Of a stretch of DNA of 64,000 bases, positions 48,539 to 58,348 are shown piece by piece; positions within the stretch are counted from its first letter, which is position 1; each line of letters starts with the position of its first letter. Made by a program: the position numbers and the translations under genes. The stretch spans positions 19,362-83,361 of the IMG/VR virus record IMGVR_UViG_3300020371_000004. One strand, 5' to 3'. The notes under the pieces were generated by a model. It had not been told where the DNA came from. It saw only the letters and a list, made by a program, of their open reading frames with translations, and made no database searches. The DNA is from a virus.

Positions 48539-49307
48539 CAGTTTTAAATTTACGATTGCCCCATTCTTTTCGGGCACAAGTATAAATTTGATATTTACCT
48601 TTTAAATGGTCGGGGAATGGAATGTATTCTATGTCTCCACCATATTTTTTTATGCAGCATTCTGCTACATGCTGAAAACTTACTGGAGCACTTGTTCCTA
48701 AGTCGTAGATACCTGACCCTTTATCATTGTTCAGAACAACATCTACTATATCATCAACACACACAAAGTCTCTTAAGAAGTCTTGAGAACCTTCAAATAG
48801 TTTTAGTTTACCTGTTTCTTTAATTTCTTTAGCAAACTTGCTTACAGGACTTGCTTGATTTCCTTTGTGTTCTTCACCATCACCATAAACATTAAAGTAT
48901 CTAAAACCTTGAATCAGGGAAAACTTGTCAATATTATCTTGAACCCAATAGTCAGTGGTTACTTTTGATAATGCATAGTAATTAAGTGGATTGATTATTC
49001 CTTGCTCATTTCCATATACAGAAGCAGATGAAGCATACTTTACGGGAATATTAAACAATATTGCTTTTTCAAACAACCACTGACTATACTCGATGTTGAA
49101 ATTAAATATTTCCTTTAGATTTGTATTAGTAGTCGATGACATTGCTCCTTGATGAATAATGCACTCAACATTATCCCAATCATTGAAGCATTCTCTCCAT
49201 TCCCAACAATCATTCTTGTCTATTTCAATAACTTTTTTTCCTTTTTCATTCAGAGATTTTAAAAATTTTTTACCGATAAATCCCTTTGAACCAGTTAATA
49301 TAATCAT
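48516..49307 (-). CDS. hldD: ADP-L-glycero-D-manno-heptose 6-epimerase
   Basis: Start placed at MIILTGSKGFIG (GxxGxxG); HQGA.SSTT, YASSASVYG, YALSK, GFRYFNVYG..E.HKG.QAS, RDFVCVDD, IPFPDHLKGKYQ.YT.A. Confidence 0.9.
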   Translation of the reverse strand: MIILTGSKGFIGKKFLKSLNEKGKKVIEIDKNDCWEWRECFNDWDNVECIIHQGAMSSTTNTNLKEIFNFNIEYSQWLFEKAILFNIPVKYASSASVYGNEQGIINPLNYYALSKVTTDYWVQDNIDKFSLIQGFRYFNVYGDGEEHKGNQASPVSKFAKEIKETGKLKLFEGSQDFLRDFVCVDDIVDVVLNNDKGSGIYDLGTSAPVSFQHVAECCIKKYGGDIEYIPFPDHLKGKYQIYTCARKEWGNRKFKTVKEYLLE

Positions 49308-49314
49308 ATAAATA
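49307..49314 (+). promoter_or_regulatory. Canonical T4 late promoter TATAAATA
   Basis: Exact consensus 29 nt before ATG 49344; its first base is also the first base of the minus-strand hldD start codon. Confidence 0.75.
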
Positions 49315-49343
49315 CTAAAAACAGTTGTATATTGGGGTATAAA

Positions 49344-51167
49344 ATGGCCTTTGGCTTTCTTAATTCTATTATACCAAATGCGGATCAAAATGTAACCTTA
49401 TACACTTCACCTGCAAATACCTTGACGCAGGGAAAGGTTTCAATTTCTAGCAAGGTAACAAATCCAGTAAGGATTAGACTATCCATACGAGAAGCCGGTG
49501 GTCAAGTCACAGACTTAAAGTATTTAGAGTACAATAAGTATATTAATTATGCAGAGGTATTTGAAACTGGTGAAATCAATATTGGACCTGAGCAGGAGTT
49601 GGTTGTAAGGTGTGACCATCCTGATGTTAGTTTCTTGCTGACTGGAGAAACTTTTGATGAGTCTAATGCAGATTTGGGAACTCATGGTTCTCCAGCTGTT
49701 AATACCCATTCTGGTCTACTTGGTTGTCTAATATCTACAAATAGTGATAAGAAAGAACTTTATAAGGTTCCATTTTCTGGTGATAGACCAGACTTAAGAA
49801 CAGATGCAACAGTAGTTATTTGTAATGTAGGACCTACTGTAGCAAGAGCAAGAATTGGATTAATTCAAACTGGAGATATACTTTCTAGCTTTAGTGTAGA
49901 AGATTACATTGAATATGAAGTTGCCATTCTACCTGGACAAACTTACACTAGACCTGGTGTAAAATTGATTGCAGGTGAAAGTATAGTAGTTTCTTCTTCT
50001 GATAGATCAAATCTACAATTCCTCCTTCATGGAAGATTGAAAAGAGAAACTGGAGATATTTCTACCAAAGATTTAACAGCAAGTGGTGACATCACAGGAA
50101 ATACTTTATCTGTATATAATGCTTCTGTAAGTGGAATTCTTACTGCCCCTAGTATTGATGGTGAAATGCCATATGGTACTTTAGTTGGTGGTGGAGTAAC
50201 TATTAATGGAAGTGGTATTAATGCAGGTACAGGTGTTGTAACTGCAACTAAGTATTATGGTAATGGAACTGAACTGTCAGGTATCGTTACATCACTTTCT
50301 GCAGGGGCAAATATAGATTTATCAGCAACTACTGGTGGTGTAGTCATTACTTCCATACCTTCTAGTCTTAATGTTATTGGAGTTAGTACACTTGGTGTAA
50401 CTACATTCACTGGTACTATATCCATTGGTTCTAGTGTTTTAATTGGTGATGATAAAAAGATAATTGTTGGTAACGATTCTGACTTATCAGTATTTTATGA
50501 TAGTAGTAATAATGTCGCAGCATTTGAATCTGATTCATTAATTTTTAGAACAAAATCTACACCTAATGAAAATTATATTACAGGTCTTGCAAATGGACCT
50601 GTAGAATTTTACTATGATGGTAGTAAGAAATTTGGAACAGCTGACAGTGGTGTATCTGTTCTTGGTGACCTTGAGGTATCTGGTATTGTTACAGCAACAT
50701 CCTATAACTCTGCTCTAGAAATGGACCTTGTTACACAAGGTCAGACTAGAGTTGCTATTACATCAACAGGAACATCAATCTTTAAATCAGGACTTGCTGA
50801 GAAGTATAATATTGTAGCAACAAATGCTGGAACATCTCCATCTCAGTCTATTAACTCTGGTAATATAATTAAATTTACTGGAAATGAAACTGGTAACAAT
50901 ATCAACTTGAATATTAGTGATGTTGATGGTGATCTTGTTGCTGGAGAATCCATATCAATTACTGCAATTATTACTCCAAATGGTGTAGGAGACTTTGGTT
51001 CAGTTACTATAGATGGACAACCCCCATCAGGTGGACTGAAGTGGACTAGTGGAAATGCTCCTAGTGGTTCTGCATCTGGTGATGATGTATATACGTTCAC
51101 TATACTGAAAACTGGGTCAAGTGCTACCGATTATGTTGTTTATGGTGCCAAGACAAATTACGCATGA
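49344..51167 (+). CDS. Tail-fibre-like protein
   Basis: Two N-terminal copies of the 38639-type domain; GVVTAT.Y.G.G fibre repeats; C-terminal KW..G.APSG..SG.DVYTFTI.KTG domain. ATG 49344 preferred over TTG 49332. Confidence 0.75.
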   Translation: MAFGFLNSIIPNADQNVTLYTSPANTLTQGKVSISSKVTNPVRIRLSIREAGGQVTDLKYLEYNKYINYAEVFETGEINIGPEQELVVRCDHPDVSFLLTGETFDESNADLGTHGSPAVNTHSGLLGCLISTNSDKKELYKVPFSGDRPDLRTDATVVICNVGPTVARARIGLIQTGDILSSFSVEDYIEYEVAILPGQTYTRPGVKLIAGESIVVSSSDRSNLQFLLHGRLKRETGDISTKDLTASGDITGNTLSVYNASVSGILTAPSIDGEMPYGTLVGGGVTINGSGINAGTGVVTATKYYGNGTELSGIVTSLSAGANIDLSATTGGVVITSIPSSLNVIGVSTLGVTTFTGTISIGSSVLIGDDKKIIVGNDSDLSVFYDSSNNVAAFESDSLIFRTKSTPNENYITGLANGPVEFYYDGSKKFGTADSGVSVLGDLEVSGIVTATSYNSALEMDLVTQGQTRVAITSTGTSIFKSGLAEKYNIVATNAGTSPSQSINSGNIIKFTGNETGNNINLNISDVDGDLVAGESISITAIITPNGVGDFGSVTIDGQPPSGGLKWTSGNAPSGSASGDDVYTFTILKTGSSATDYVVYGAKTNYA

Positions 51168-51180
51168 TAGGAGATAGATA

Positions 51181-52062
51181 ATGCTCAATTTCCACAAAAA
51201 AGAATCACCTCTACTGGGACTACAAGGTTCTGGTGGAGGTCTTGGTCATCTAGCAGGAAAATTAGTTGTTTCTGCTGATTTTCCAGCAAACTATCAATCT
51301 ATGATTGATGGTTACTCTAGTTCAAGTAGAAGATATTATGACCCTGTAAATGGTAATGATAGTAATGATGGTCAGACACCAGTAACTGCCAAACGAAATA
51401 TTGGCACTGACATGAATAGTTTTTTAAATAGTGCAACTGGTAGGGTTGCTATACTTTTACCAGGAGTTCATACAGTTACAACTGATGGTCCTGGTAGTTA
51501 TGGTGGAAGAATGTTCCAATGGAATACAAATTCTAGATGTATTGGTGTCCCTGGACAAACTATTGTTAGAAATGCTACTACTGGAGGTGGTGGTGATGCT
51601 AGAGACATGCATGTTTTTGGTATGAGAGATGGTAATGCTCGGGTAATTGGTTTAATTATTGAAAGAAATAACGAAGGAAGAGGCAATAATTATTCAAGGG
51701 CAATGTGGGGTTATGATGCAAATCAGAGCAGTGGTGAAGTTTATAACTGTGTGATTAGAGAAGTGAATAGTAATCGAACCATGTCACATATCTATGATAA
51801 TCAGAGTAGTGGAGATAGAGAGATGTATTACTGTACTATAGATGCAACTATGGAAGGTGCATACAGTTGTGGAACTTCAACTGCTGGTAATTGTGCGTTT
51901 ACTCATTCATCTCATCAATTTTGCGGTACTGTCAATAATGCTACCTTAAATGTAAGTTTTCAGGATTCTCCTACTTCTGCCCTTCCATATTATCTCACTT
52001 CTGGTGCTACTGCCAATTCATCTTTTGGTGTCTATGGAGGTTTTTATGCTTGGCCATCCTAG
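51181..52062 (+). CDS. Fibre-tip protein with pectin-lyase-like beta-helix
   Basis: AGGAG SD; HKKESPLLGLQG.GGG leader; YYDPVNGNDSNDG.TP.TAK..I and ILLPG.H beta-helix entry motifs. Confidence 0.7.
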   Translation: MLNFHKKESPLLGLQGSGGGLGHLAGKLVVSADFPANYQSMIDGYSSSSRRYYDPVNGNDSNDGQTPVTAKRNIGTDMNSFLNSATGRVAILLPGVHTVTTDGPGSYGGRMFQWNTNSRCIGVPGQTIVRNATTGGGGDARDMHVFGMRDGNARVIGLIIERNNEGRGNNYSRAMWGYDANQSSGEVYNCVIREVNSNRTMSHIYDNQSSGDREMYYCTIDATMEGAYSCGTSTAGNCAFTHSSHQFCGTVNNATLNVSFQDSPTSALPYYLTSGATANSSFGVYGGFYAWPS

Positions 52063-52064
52063 TG

Positions 52065-52071
52065 ATAAATA
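52065..52071 (+). promoter_or_regulatory. T4-like late promoter (ATAAATA)
   Basis: Intergenic, upstream of gp13. Confidence 0.65.
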
Positions 52072-52100
52072 TAAGTACGGGTAAGAATGATAGGTAGTAA

Positions 52101-52931
52101 ATGGCATCACCCAATTCTAGAGCAAGTTTAATCGAATATTGTCTCAGGAAACTGGGTAAACCAGTTCTTGAGATTAATGTCGATGATGACCAAATCGGGG
52201 ATTTGGTTGATGATGCATTGCAGTATTTTAATGAAAGGCACTATGATGGTGCCGTTCGTACTTACTTAAAGCACCAATTAACGGAAGATAATAAAGCAGC
52301 AATTCTTTCAAAATCAACAGAGGCAAAGACAAACTCTGCATCTGTTGGTATTGCAACAGTATCTTCAACTACAGATTTTGAAGAAGGAAATAATTTCTTA
52401 GAATTACCAGACAGTATTATTGGAGTCAACAACGTTTTTAAAGTTGATTCTAGTACAATATCATCTGGTCTTTTTAATATCAAATATCAGATATTTTTGA
52501 ACGACTTATATTACTATGGTGCTCTGGACCTAATGAACTATGCAATGGTCAAGACTCACCTAGAGGATATTAGTAGATTACTAACACCTGATGTTCAGTT
52601 AAGGTTCAATAAGAAACAACATAGACTATATCTTGACATTGACTGGAAGCAAGTAGACGCAGACCAGTACATTGTTTTAGATTGTATTAGGATAGTCAAT
52701 CCTAATGACTTTACAGCAGTATATAATGACTGGTGGGTCAAGAGGTATACTACTGCATTAATTAAAAGACAGTGGGGACAAAACTTAATTAAGTTCCAAG
52801 GAGTCCAACTACCAGGTGGTATTACTCTTAATGGTAGAGAAATCTACGAAGATGCTATTCAAGAAATAGAAAAACTAGAGGAAGAACTCCATAATGATTA
52901 TGAACTACCTCCAATGGACATGATTGGTTGA
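52101..52931 (+). CDS. gp13: Neck protein gp13
   Basis: P.SR..LI.YCLRKLG.PVLEINVDDDQ..D.VDDALQYF.E.HYDG; W.KRY.TALIK.QWG.NL.KF.GV.LPGGIT.NG. Confidence 0.93.
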   Translation: MASPNSRASLIEYCLRKLGKPVLEINVDDDQIGDLVDDALQYFNERHYDGAVRTYLKHQLTEDNKAAILSKSTEAKTNSASVGIATVSSTTDFEEGNNFLELPDSIIGVNNVFKVDSSTISSGLFNIKYQIFLNDLYYYGALDLMNYAMVKTHLEDISRLLTPDVQLRFNKKQHRLYLDIDWKQVDADQYIVLDCIRIVNPNDFTAVYNDWWVKRYTTALIKRQWGQNLIKFQGVQLPGGITLNGREIYEDAIQEIEKLEEELHNDYELPPMDMIG

Positions 52932-52932
52932 T

Positions 52933-55900
52933 ATGACACCTTTAAATTCTTACTTTCTACAGGGGTCTCCAAGTGAGCAGAGACTTGTACAGGACTTAAT
53001 TAACGAACAATTAAGCATTTATGGGCAAGATGTTGTATACATGCCCAGAAAGATTATCAATGAAGAAAAAGTAATTAAGGAAATTACTGTCTCTAAATTT
53101 GATGATAGTTTTCGTATTGAGGCATATATCTCAACGTTTGATGGATATGGTGGACAAGGTGATATCCTTAGTAAGTTTGGTGTAAGAAGTACAGATGAGA
53201 TTACTTTCGTAATCTCGAAAGAACGTTATGCAGACTTCATTACCCCAAAGATTAGTTTATTTAAGGACCAAGTAAAAACTGCAGAAAGACCACAAGAAGG
53301 TGATTTAATATATCTTCCATTAGACAATAGTCTTTTTGAGATTAAGTATGTTGAAATGAAGGCACCCTTCTATCAACTTAATAATCTTTATGTTTATGAA
53401 CTCCGTTGTGAGCTCTTTGAATATGAGGATGAAGTTATTGATACTGATATTCCAGAGGTTGATGAGTCTGTTCAAGACTTTGGTTATATACAGACCTTGG
53501 TTATGCATAACAGCACTACCTTTGTTCAAGCTAGAGCAAATTCAATTGACTTACATGCTTCATTAGTAGGTACTCGTCCAGGTTTACCCGAGTATGGTGT
53601 TGTTTATATTGATATCATTAATGGTGGTTCTGGATATCTCACTCCACCAGAAGTCAGGTTTAAGAAACCTGGTGGTTTTGGAATATTACCAACGGTAGAG
53701 GCAATCCTCGATAGGGGGTCCATATCTAAGGTATTAATTAGTCATCCTGGCATGGGTTATACCTTTGCTCCAGAAATTACATTCCACGGTGGTGGAGGAG
53801 TAGGTGCTGCTGCTACAGCAGTTATTGCTAAGGGAATTCCTTTAGTTGGACTTACAACAGGTGGTGTTGGATACTCTACTGCACCTAATGTATACATTAA
53901 TAATCCAGTAAATCCAAACAGTCCCAATGGTTTCGACTCAATCTTTAATCCTAAGTATATTACTAGGTTGAATTCTGAAGGTACTGTTGTTTCAATACTT
54001 GCAGAACAAGTTGGTGGTAAGTATGACGAGTTTGCATCTGGTGCGGGATTACCACCATCAGTTGCTATAGATCCACAATCCCCAACTTTCATTAATCGTG
54101 AGGGAGCAACAGCAACTGCGACAGTTGGTGCTGGTGGGTCTGTCACGGCAATTAGTATAACAAATGGTGGTGCAGGATATAACTCTGCACCAGTGGTAAG
54201 TATTTCCACAGCACCAGACACTACTACATCTAGTATAGGAACAATAGTACTTGAGGATGTGGGATTAGGTTATACTGTCGGTACATATCCATTAAGACCG
54301 TTCGCAGGACAGAACCCAACTCCTGTGGGAGAAAATGGTATTGTTAGTATAGATTCAGTTGGTGTTGGTGGAACTATCACAGGAATATCAGTTTCTGCTG
54401 GAGGAACTAATTTTGTTGTAGGGGAAAGATATACATTTGGTGGTAATGTGGGTGCATCAACAATTACCAGTGTTTTACTTGGAGCAGCATCACTTACCGA
54501 ATCAACTGTACCAACAGAACACGAAGATAATGATGATGATTGGTGGGAACTCGATCTCCCATGGAATATCATGTATGCTGGCAGTGAATATGCGAAAGTT
54601 TTTGTTAGTACAAATAACTTCCTGTCCTTTGTTGAAGGAAGTGACGAGTATTATCACGACGACCCCGATACTCCAGCACTTCCTAAGATTCGTATTCGGG
54701 CTGAGGATAACTCAGTACAAAGAATATACTATGGTACAGAAGGAACTGCACCAAACAGAACATTCAGAATCCGTTCAGAGGGAACTAATGATACGGAGGG
54801 TACATTAGGTTCTCCAAACATGGTGTATGAAGCTATTTTCTATGAAGCAACTCCAAATCAGATTGATATTCAAAATGGAGAATTGGCAAGAAACGATCAA
54901 TCAACTTATCCTGGAACAAGTGGTGCGTTTTCATCTGATGCTCTTCTTGTTACTGGAAATCTTGGAGACCCATTTAGTGGAACTCGATTAACGAGTAGTG
55001 CTCTGCCTGGTGAATCAGCACGTATAAATGTTACTGGTCTAGCAACAGATATAGGAGTAACTGCAACAGCAACCGCAGTAGTTGGATCTGGTGGTACTAT
55101 TAGTGCGATTACAATAACAAACCCAGGAGCTGGATATACTGTTACACCAACAGTGGATATTGCTCTTCCAATCATACCTAATAGTGCTAATTTCAGAGAA
55201 GCAACAGCAACTTCAACAATAGGTACTTCTGGCACTGTCACATCACTAACTATAACAGATAATGGTTTGGGATACGGTTCAGCACCAGTTGTAAGTATTT
55301 CCACAGCACCTTATAGAGATGATTCCATTCAGCACTTTAGATTGAATAGTTCTGGTATCCGAACAGGTGATGTATATACACAAGGACCAGGTGGAAACAG
55401 CAGTGGTGTTGGTGGATTCTCAGGAAATCATGGTGTCAATTATGACGTTGGTGATATACTCAGAATGGATGCTCGTTCCCACATGACTGGTTCGGGAGCA
55501 ATAATCCGTGTTGATTCTGTTCAATCTGAAGGTAGTGTTACTGGATTTACCATGCTCTATGGTGGTTCTAACTATCAACCATTAGTTAATGCATCAATGG
55601 ATTTCTATGATGCAACATATGTTACTGCAGCAGGACTTGGAACTGGAACACAGCTTAGATTGGCAGTAGATACAGTTGAAACAGTTCAAGGAGTAAGTGC
55701 AACAGCAACAGCAGTTTTAGGTGTTGGTGGTAGTGTCACTGGTCTCACAATAACAAATCCTGGTCTTGGATATAGCAATGCACCAACAGTTACTATGATT
55801 CCAGCATCAGCTCCTGGTTCCAATACAATTGGAGTAACAACAGGGCACTTCAAATTCAATGAGACTGTCACTGGTCAAACTAGTGGAGTTACTGGAGTTG

Positions 55901-56124
55901 TTAAATCTTGGGACCATGATACCAGAACACTAAAAGTTTCTATCGTCAGTGGCACTTTCCAGAAAGGAGAAAAAATCGTTGGTGATGAGAGTTCTGCATC
56001 ACACAAGATTAATTCAATTTTCTCAGATGACCTTTATGATGATTTTGCAGAAAATGATGTCATAGAAACAGAAGCAGATAAAATTCTTGACTTCACTGAA
56101 AAGAACCCATTTGGAGAGCTCTAA
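52933..56124 (+). CDS. gp14: Neck protein gp14 with very large central insertion
   Basis: EQRL.QDLINE.L.IYG.DV.Y.PR, SKFG....DE..F.IS..R, RP.EGDLIY.P, FYQL...YVYELRCELFEY, C-terminal ILDF.E.NPFG. ATG 52933 preferred. Confidence 0.9.
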   Translation: MTPLNSYFLQGSPSEQRLVQDLINEQLSIYGQDVVYMPRKIINEEKVIKEITVSKFDDSFRIEAYISTFDGYGGQGDILSKFGVRSTDEITFVISKERYADFITPKISLFKDQVKTAERPQEGDLIYLPLDNSLFEIKYVEMKAPFYQLNNLYVYELRCELFEYEDEVIDTDIPEVDESVQDFGYIQTLVMHNSTTFVQARANSIDLHASLVGTRPGLPEYGVVYIDIINGGSGYLTPPEVRFKKPGGFGILPTVEAILDRGSISKVLISHPGMGYTFAPEITFHGGGGVGAAATAVIAKGIPLVGLTTGGVGYSTAPNVYINNPVNPNSPNGFDSIFNPKYITRLNSEGTVVSILAEQVGGKYDEFASGAGLPPSVAIDPQSPTFINREGATATATVGAGGSVTAISITNGGAGYNSAPVVSISTAPDTTTSSIGTIVLEDVGLGYTVGTYPLRPFAGQNPTPVGENGIVSIDSVGVGGTITGISVSAGGTNFVVGERYTFGGNVGASTITSVLLGAASLTESTVPTEHEDNDDDWWELDLPWNIMYAGSEYAKVFVSTNNFLSFVEGSDEYYHDDPDTPALPKIRIRAEDNSVQRIYYGTEGTAPNRTFRIRSEGTNDTEGTLGSPNMVYEAIFYEATPNQIDIQNGELARNDQSTYPGTSGAFSSDALLVTGNLGDPFSGTRLTSSALPGESARINVTGLATDIGVTATATAVVGSGGTISAITITNPGAGYTVTPTVDIALPIIPNSANFREATATSTIGTSGTVTSLTITDNGLGYGSAPVVSISTAPYRDDSIQHFRLNSSGIRTGDVYTQGPGGNSSGVGGFSGNHGVNYDVGDILRMDARSHMTGSGAIIRVDSVQSEGSVTGFTMLYGGSNYQPLVNASMDFYDATYVTAAGLGTGTQLRLAVDTVETVQGVSATATAVLGVGGSVTGLTITNPGLGYSNAPTVTMIPASAPGSNTIGVTTGHFKFNETVTGQTSGVTGVVKSWDHDTRTLKVSIVSGTFQKGEKIVGDESSASHKINSIFSDDLYDDFAENDVIETEADKILDFTEKNPFGEL

Positions 56125-56127
56125 ATA
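56121..56127 (+). promoter_or_regulatory. T4-like late promoter (CTAAATA) containing the gp14 stop
   Basis: TAA 56122-56124 lies inside the motif. Confidence 0.65.
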
Positions 56128-56148
56128 CTTTTATCATAAAATATTGAC

Positions 56149-57195
56149 ATGTTTGGTTCCTATCACTATCACGAAATTATAAAGAGGACAATTGTTGCTT
56201 TTGGCACATTGTTCAACAATCTTTATATCAAACACCAGGATGGCACTGGTGCGGATAATAGTGTCATAAAGGTTCCAATTTCTTATGGTCCTGTTCAGAA
56301 GTTTCTTGCTAGATTGGATGAGAAACCAGACCTGAGAAAAAGAGTTGCAATTACTCTTCCTCGTATGTCATTTGAGATGACAGATATTGTTTATGATGCT
56401 TCTAGAAAGGTATCTTCTGTTCAGAAGTTTCAAGCAAATAGAGAAGGAGTTGGTCCAGTTCAGGTTTATATGCCTGCACCATATAATATTAGTATTGAAC
56501 TAAGCATTATAACTAAGTATCAAGATGATATGCTTCAAATTCTGGAGCAGATTTTGCCATACTTCCAACCACAGTTTAATTTAACAGTTGACTTGGTAAA
56601 CTCTATTGGTGAGAAGAGGGATATTCCTATTACCTTGGAAGGAATTAGTATGCAGGATGACTATGAGGGTGACTATACAACTAGAAGAAGTTTAGTATAT
56701 ACTCTGAGATTCACTGCTAAGACATCAATCTTTGGTAAGATTGATGATAAGGAAGGACCAATTATCAAGAAAGTTACCGTTGATTATTATGGTGATACTG
56801 ATAGAAAAGATGCTTCCAGACAGTTAAGATATCAGGTAACACCAAGAGCAATCAAAGATTATAACGACGATAATACTACTACTCTTGCAGCAGATATTAG
56901 TGAAACACAAGTAACTTTTGATGTGTCTAATGCATCTCAATTTGTAGAAGATTCTTACATTATGATTAATGAAGAGTCAATGTTAATTACTAATATTACA
57001 GGCAATACATTGAGAGTCAAGAGAGGTATGGATAAGACAATCAATGCCAAGCATCAAATTGGTGACCAAATCAATATGATTAATGCTGCTGACGATGCAC
57101 TTATCAATTATGATGATGAGTTTGGATTTAATGAAGAACTCTTCGACTTTGGTGATGGAAGACTCTATAGTCCTAGAAAGGATAGTGACTTATGA
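56149..57195 (+). CDS. gp15: Tail sheath stabilizer/completion protein gp15
   Basis: YHEII.RTIVAFGTLFNN, KVPI.YGP.QKFLARL, LPRMSFE, QILEQILPYFQP, RDIPI.L. Confidence 0.93.
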   Translation: MFGSYHYHEIIKRTIVAFGTLFNNLYIKHQDGTGADNSVIKVPISYGPVQKFLARLDEKPDLRKRVAITLPRMSFEMTDIVYDASRKVSSVQKFQANREGVGPVQVYMPAPYNISIELSIITKYQDDMLQILEQILPYFQPQFNLTVDLVNSIGEKRDIPITLEGISMQDDYEGDYTTRRSLVYTLRFTAKTSIFGKIDDKEGPIIKKVTVDYYGDTDRKDASRQLRYQVTPRAIKDYNDDNTTTLAADISETQVTFDVSNASQFVEDSYIMINEESMLITNITGNTLRVKRGMDKTINAKHQIGDQINMINAADDALINYDDEFGFNEELFDFGDGRLYSPRKDSDL

Positions 57196-57617
57196 AAAAT
57201 GATTTTGATGCGATAAATGATTCATTGGATATAGAAGCAACTCCTACAGAGATTGTTTCTACTCCAGATACTTCTATTAGAAAGACTCCCAAGAAGGGAG
57301 AAAAGGAAGAGACAGACTATGATTATGATTATACTAGAGGACAACTTTATAGTTTAATAGAAAAGGGACAAGAAGCAGTTGACGGTATCTTAGATATTGC
57401 TCAGCAGTCTGACTCTCCAAGAGCATATGAAGTTGCAGGTCAACTTATTAAGAACGTTGCTGATACAACAGATAAGTTATTAGACCTTCAAGCAAAACTT
57501 AAGAAGTTAAAGGAAGAAGAAGCAGGTCCAAAGAATGTTACCAACAACAATACTATGTTTGTTGGTTCGACAGCAGAACTTCAAAAACTGCTGAAGAAAG
57601 GTTTACCAAAAGAATAA
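57192..57617 (+). CDS. gp16: Terminase small subunit gp16
   Basis: DYDYTRGQLYSLIEKGQEA..GIL..A..SDSPRAYEVAGQLIK, NNTMFVGSTAELQKLLK. Confidence 0.93.
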   Translation: MKNDFDAINDSLDIEATPTEIVSTPDTSIRKTPKKGEKEETDYDYDYTRGQLYSLIEKGQEAVDGILDIAQQSDSPRAYEVAGQLIKNVADTTDKLLDLQAKLKKLKEEEAGPKNVTNNNTMFVGSTAELQKLLKKGLPKE

Positions 57618-57620
57618 ATA
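57614..57620 (+). promoter_or_regulatory. T4-like late promoter (ATAAATA) containing the gp16 stop
   Basis: TAA 57615-57617 lies inside the motif; ATG 57641 follows. Confidence 0.65.
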
Positions 57621-57640
57621 GTTAAAAATTGTATCTTCCA

Positions 57641-58348
57641 ATGAAATCTTTTGCGGAATTTATTGATGAATCGAAGAGTGGTGATAGTTCTTTGCGTGAC
57701 TGGTTTAGCAAGAGTTCTTCTGATGATGGCACCCCTGGTTGGGTTCAGTTGGGTGGCAAATATGCAGGGAAACCCTGTGCAAGACAACCAGGACAAAAGA
57801 CCAAACCAAAGTGTGGGTCTTCAAAAATGAAGAGAAACCTCTCAAAGGAAGAGGAAGAAAAGGCATTTAGACGCAAGAACCGTGAAGACGGTAATCCAGA
57901 TCGCAGAGGTAAAGCAAAGAACGTTGCTACTGAAGAAACTGTTCTGGAGAAAGCAGGTGAAAAGGATGCGTGTTATAAGAAGGTCAAGTCTCGTTATAGA
58001 GTTTGGCCAAGTGCATATGCATCTGGAGCACTGGTGAAGTGCCGCAAAGTTGGTGCTGCTAACTGGGGTAATAAAACTAAGAAGGAAGACTTCTCCCCAA
58101 AAGCAACGGCACTAATAGAGAGATATACTAAAATACAGGAAAGAGGCAAAACTTATCACGTCCGTTTTCAGTGGAGAGGGAAGTATGAAGGTATCCAATT
58201 ATTCTTCCCAAGTCTGACAACACCCACTAAAATGGAAGTGTCTGCCCAGATTGAAAAAATCTATCCTGGTGCAACAGTTATATCTTTTGGTCCCCACTTT
58301 AGGGACCCAACTAAACCATTACTACATGTAGGAGAAGACAACCCATGA
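57641..58348 (+). CDS. Basic putative internal head protein with capsid-targeting-like N-terminus
   Basis: MKSFAEFIDE start; Lys/Arg-rich; LRDWF..GWV..GKPC and KDACY.KVK.RY.VWPSAYASGALVKCRK modules. Confidence 0.7.
   Translation: MKSFAEFIDESKSGDSSLRDWFSKSSSDDGTPGWVQLGGKYAGKPCARQPGQKTKPKCGSSKMKRNLSKEEEEKAFRRKNREDGNPDRRGKAKNVATEETVLEKAGEKDACYKKVKSRYRVWPSAYASGALVKCRKVGAANWGNKTKKEDFSPKATALIERYTKIQERGKTYHVRFQWRGKYEGIQLFFPSLTTPTKMEVSAQIEKIYPGATVISFGPHFRDPTKPLLHVGEDNP

Noticed and set aside
49308-49388. N-terminal 27-aa extension of hldD in the ORF track
   Set aside because: The Rossmann motif begins at MIILTG (49307); the extension would overlap the late promoter and the opposite-strand gene start.
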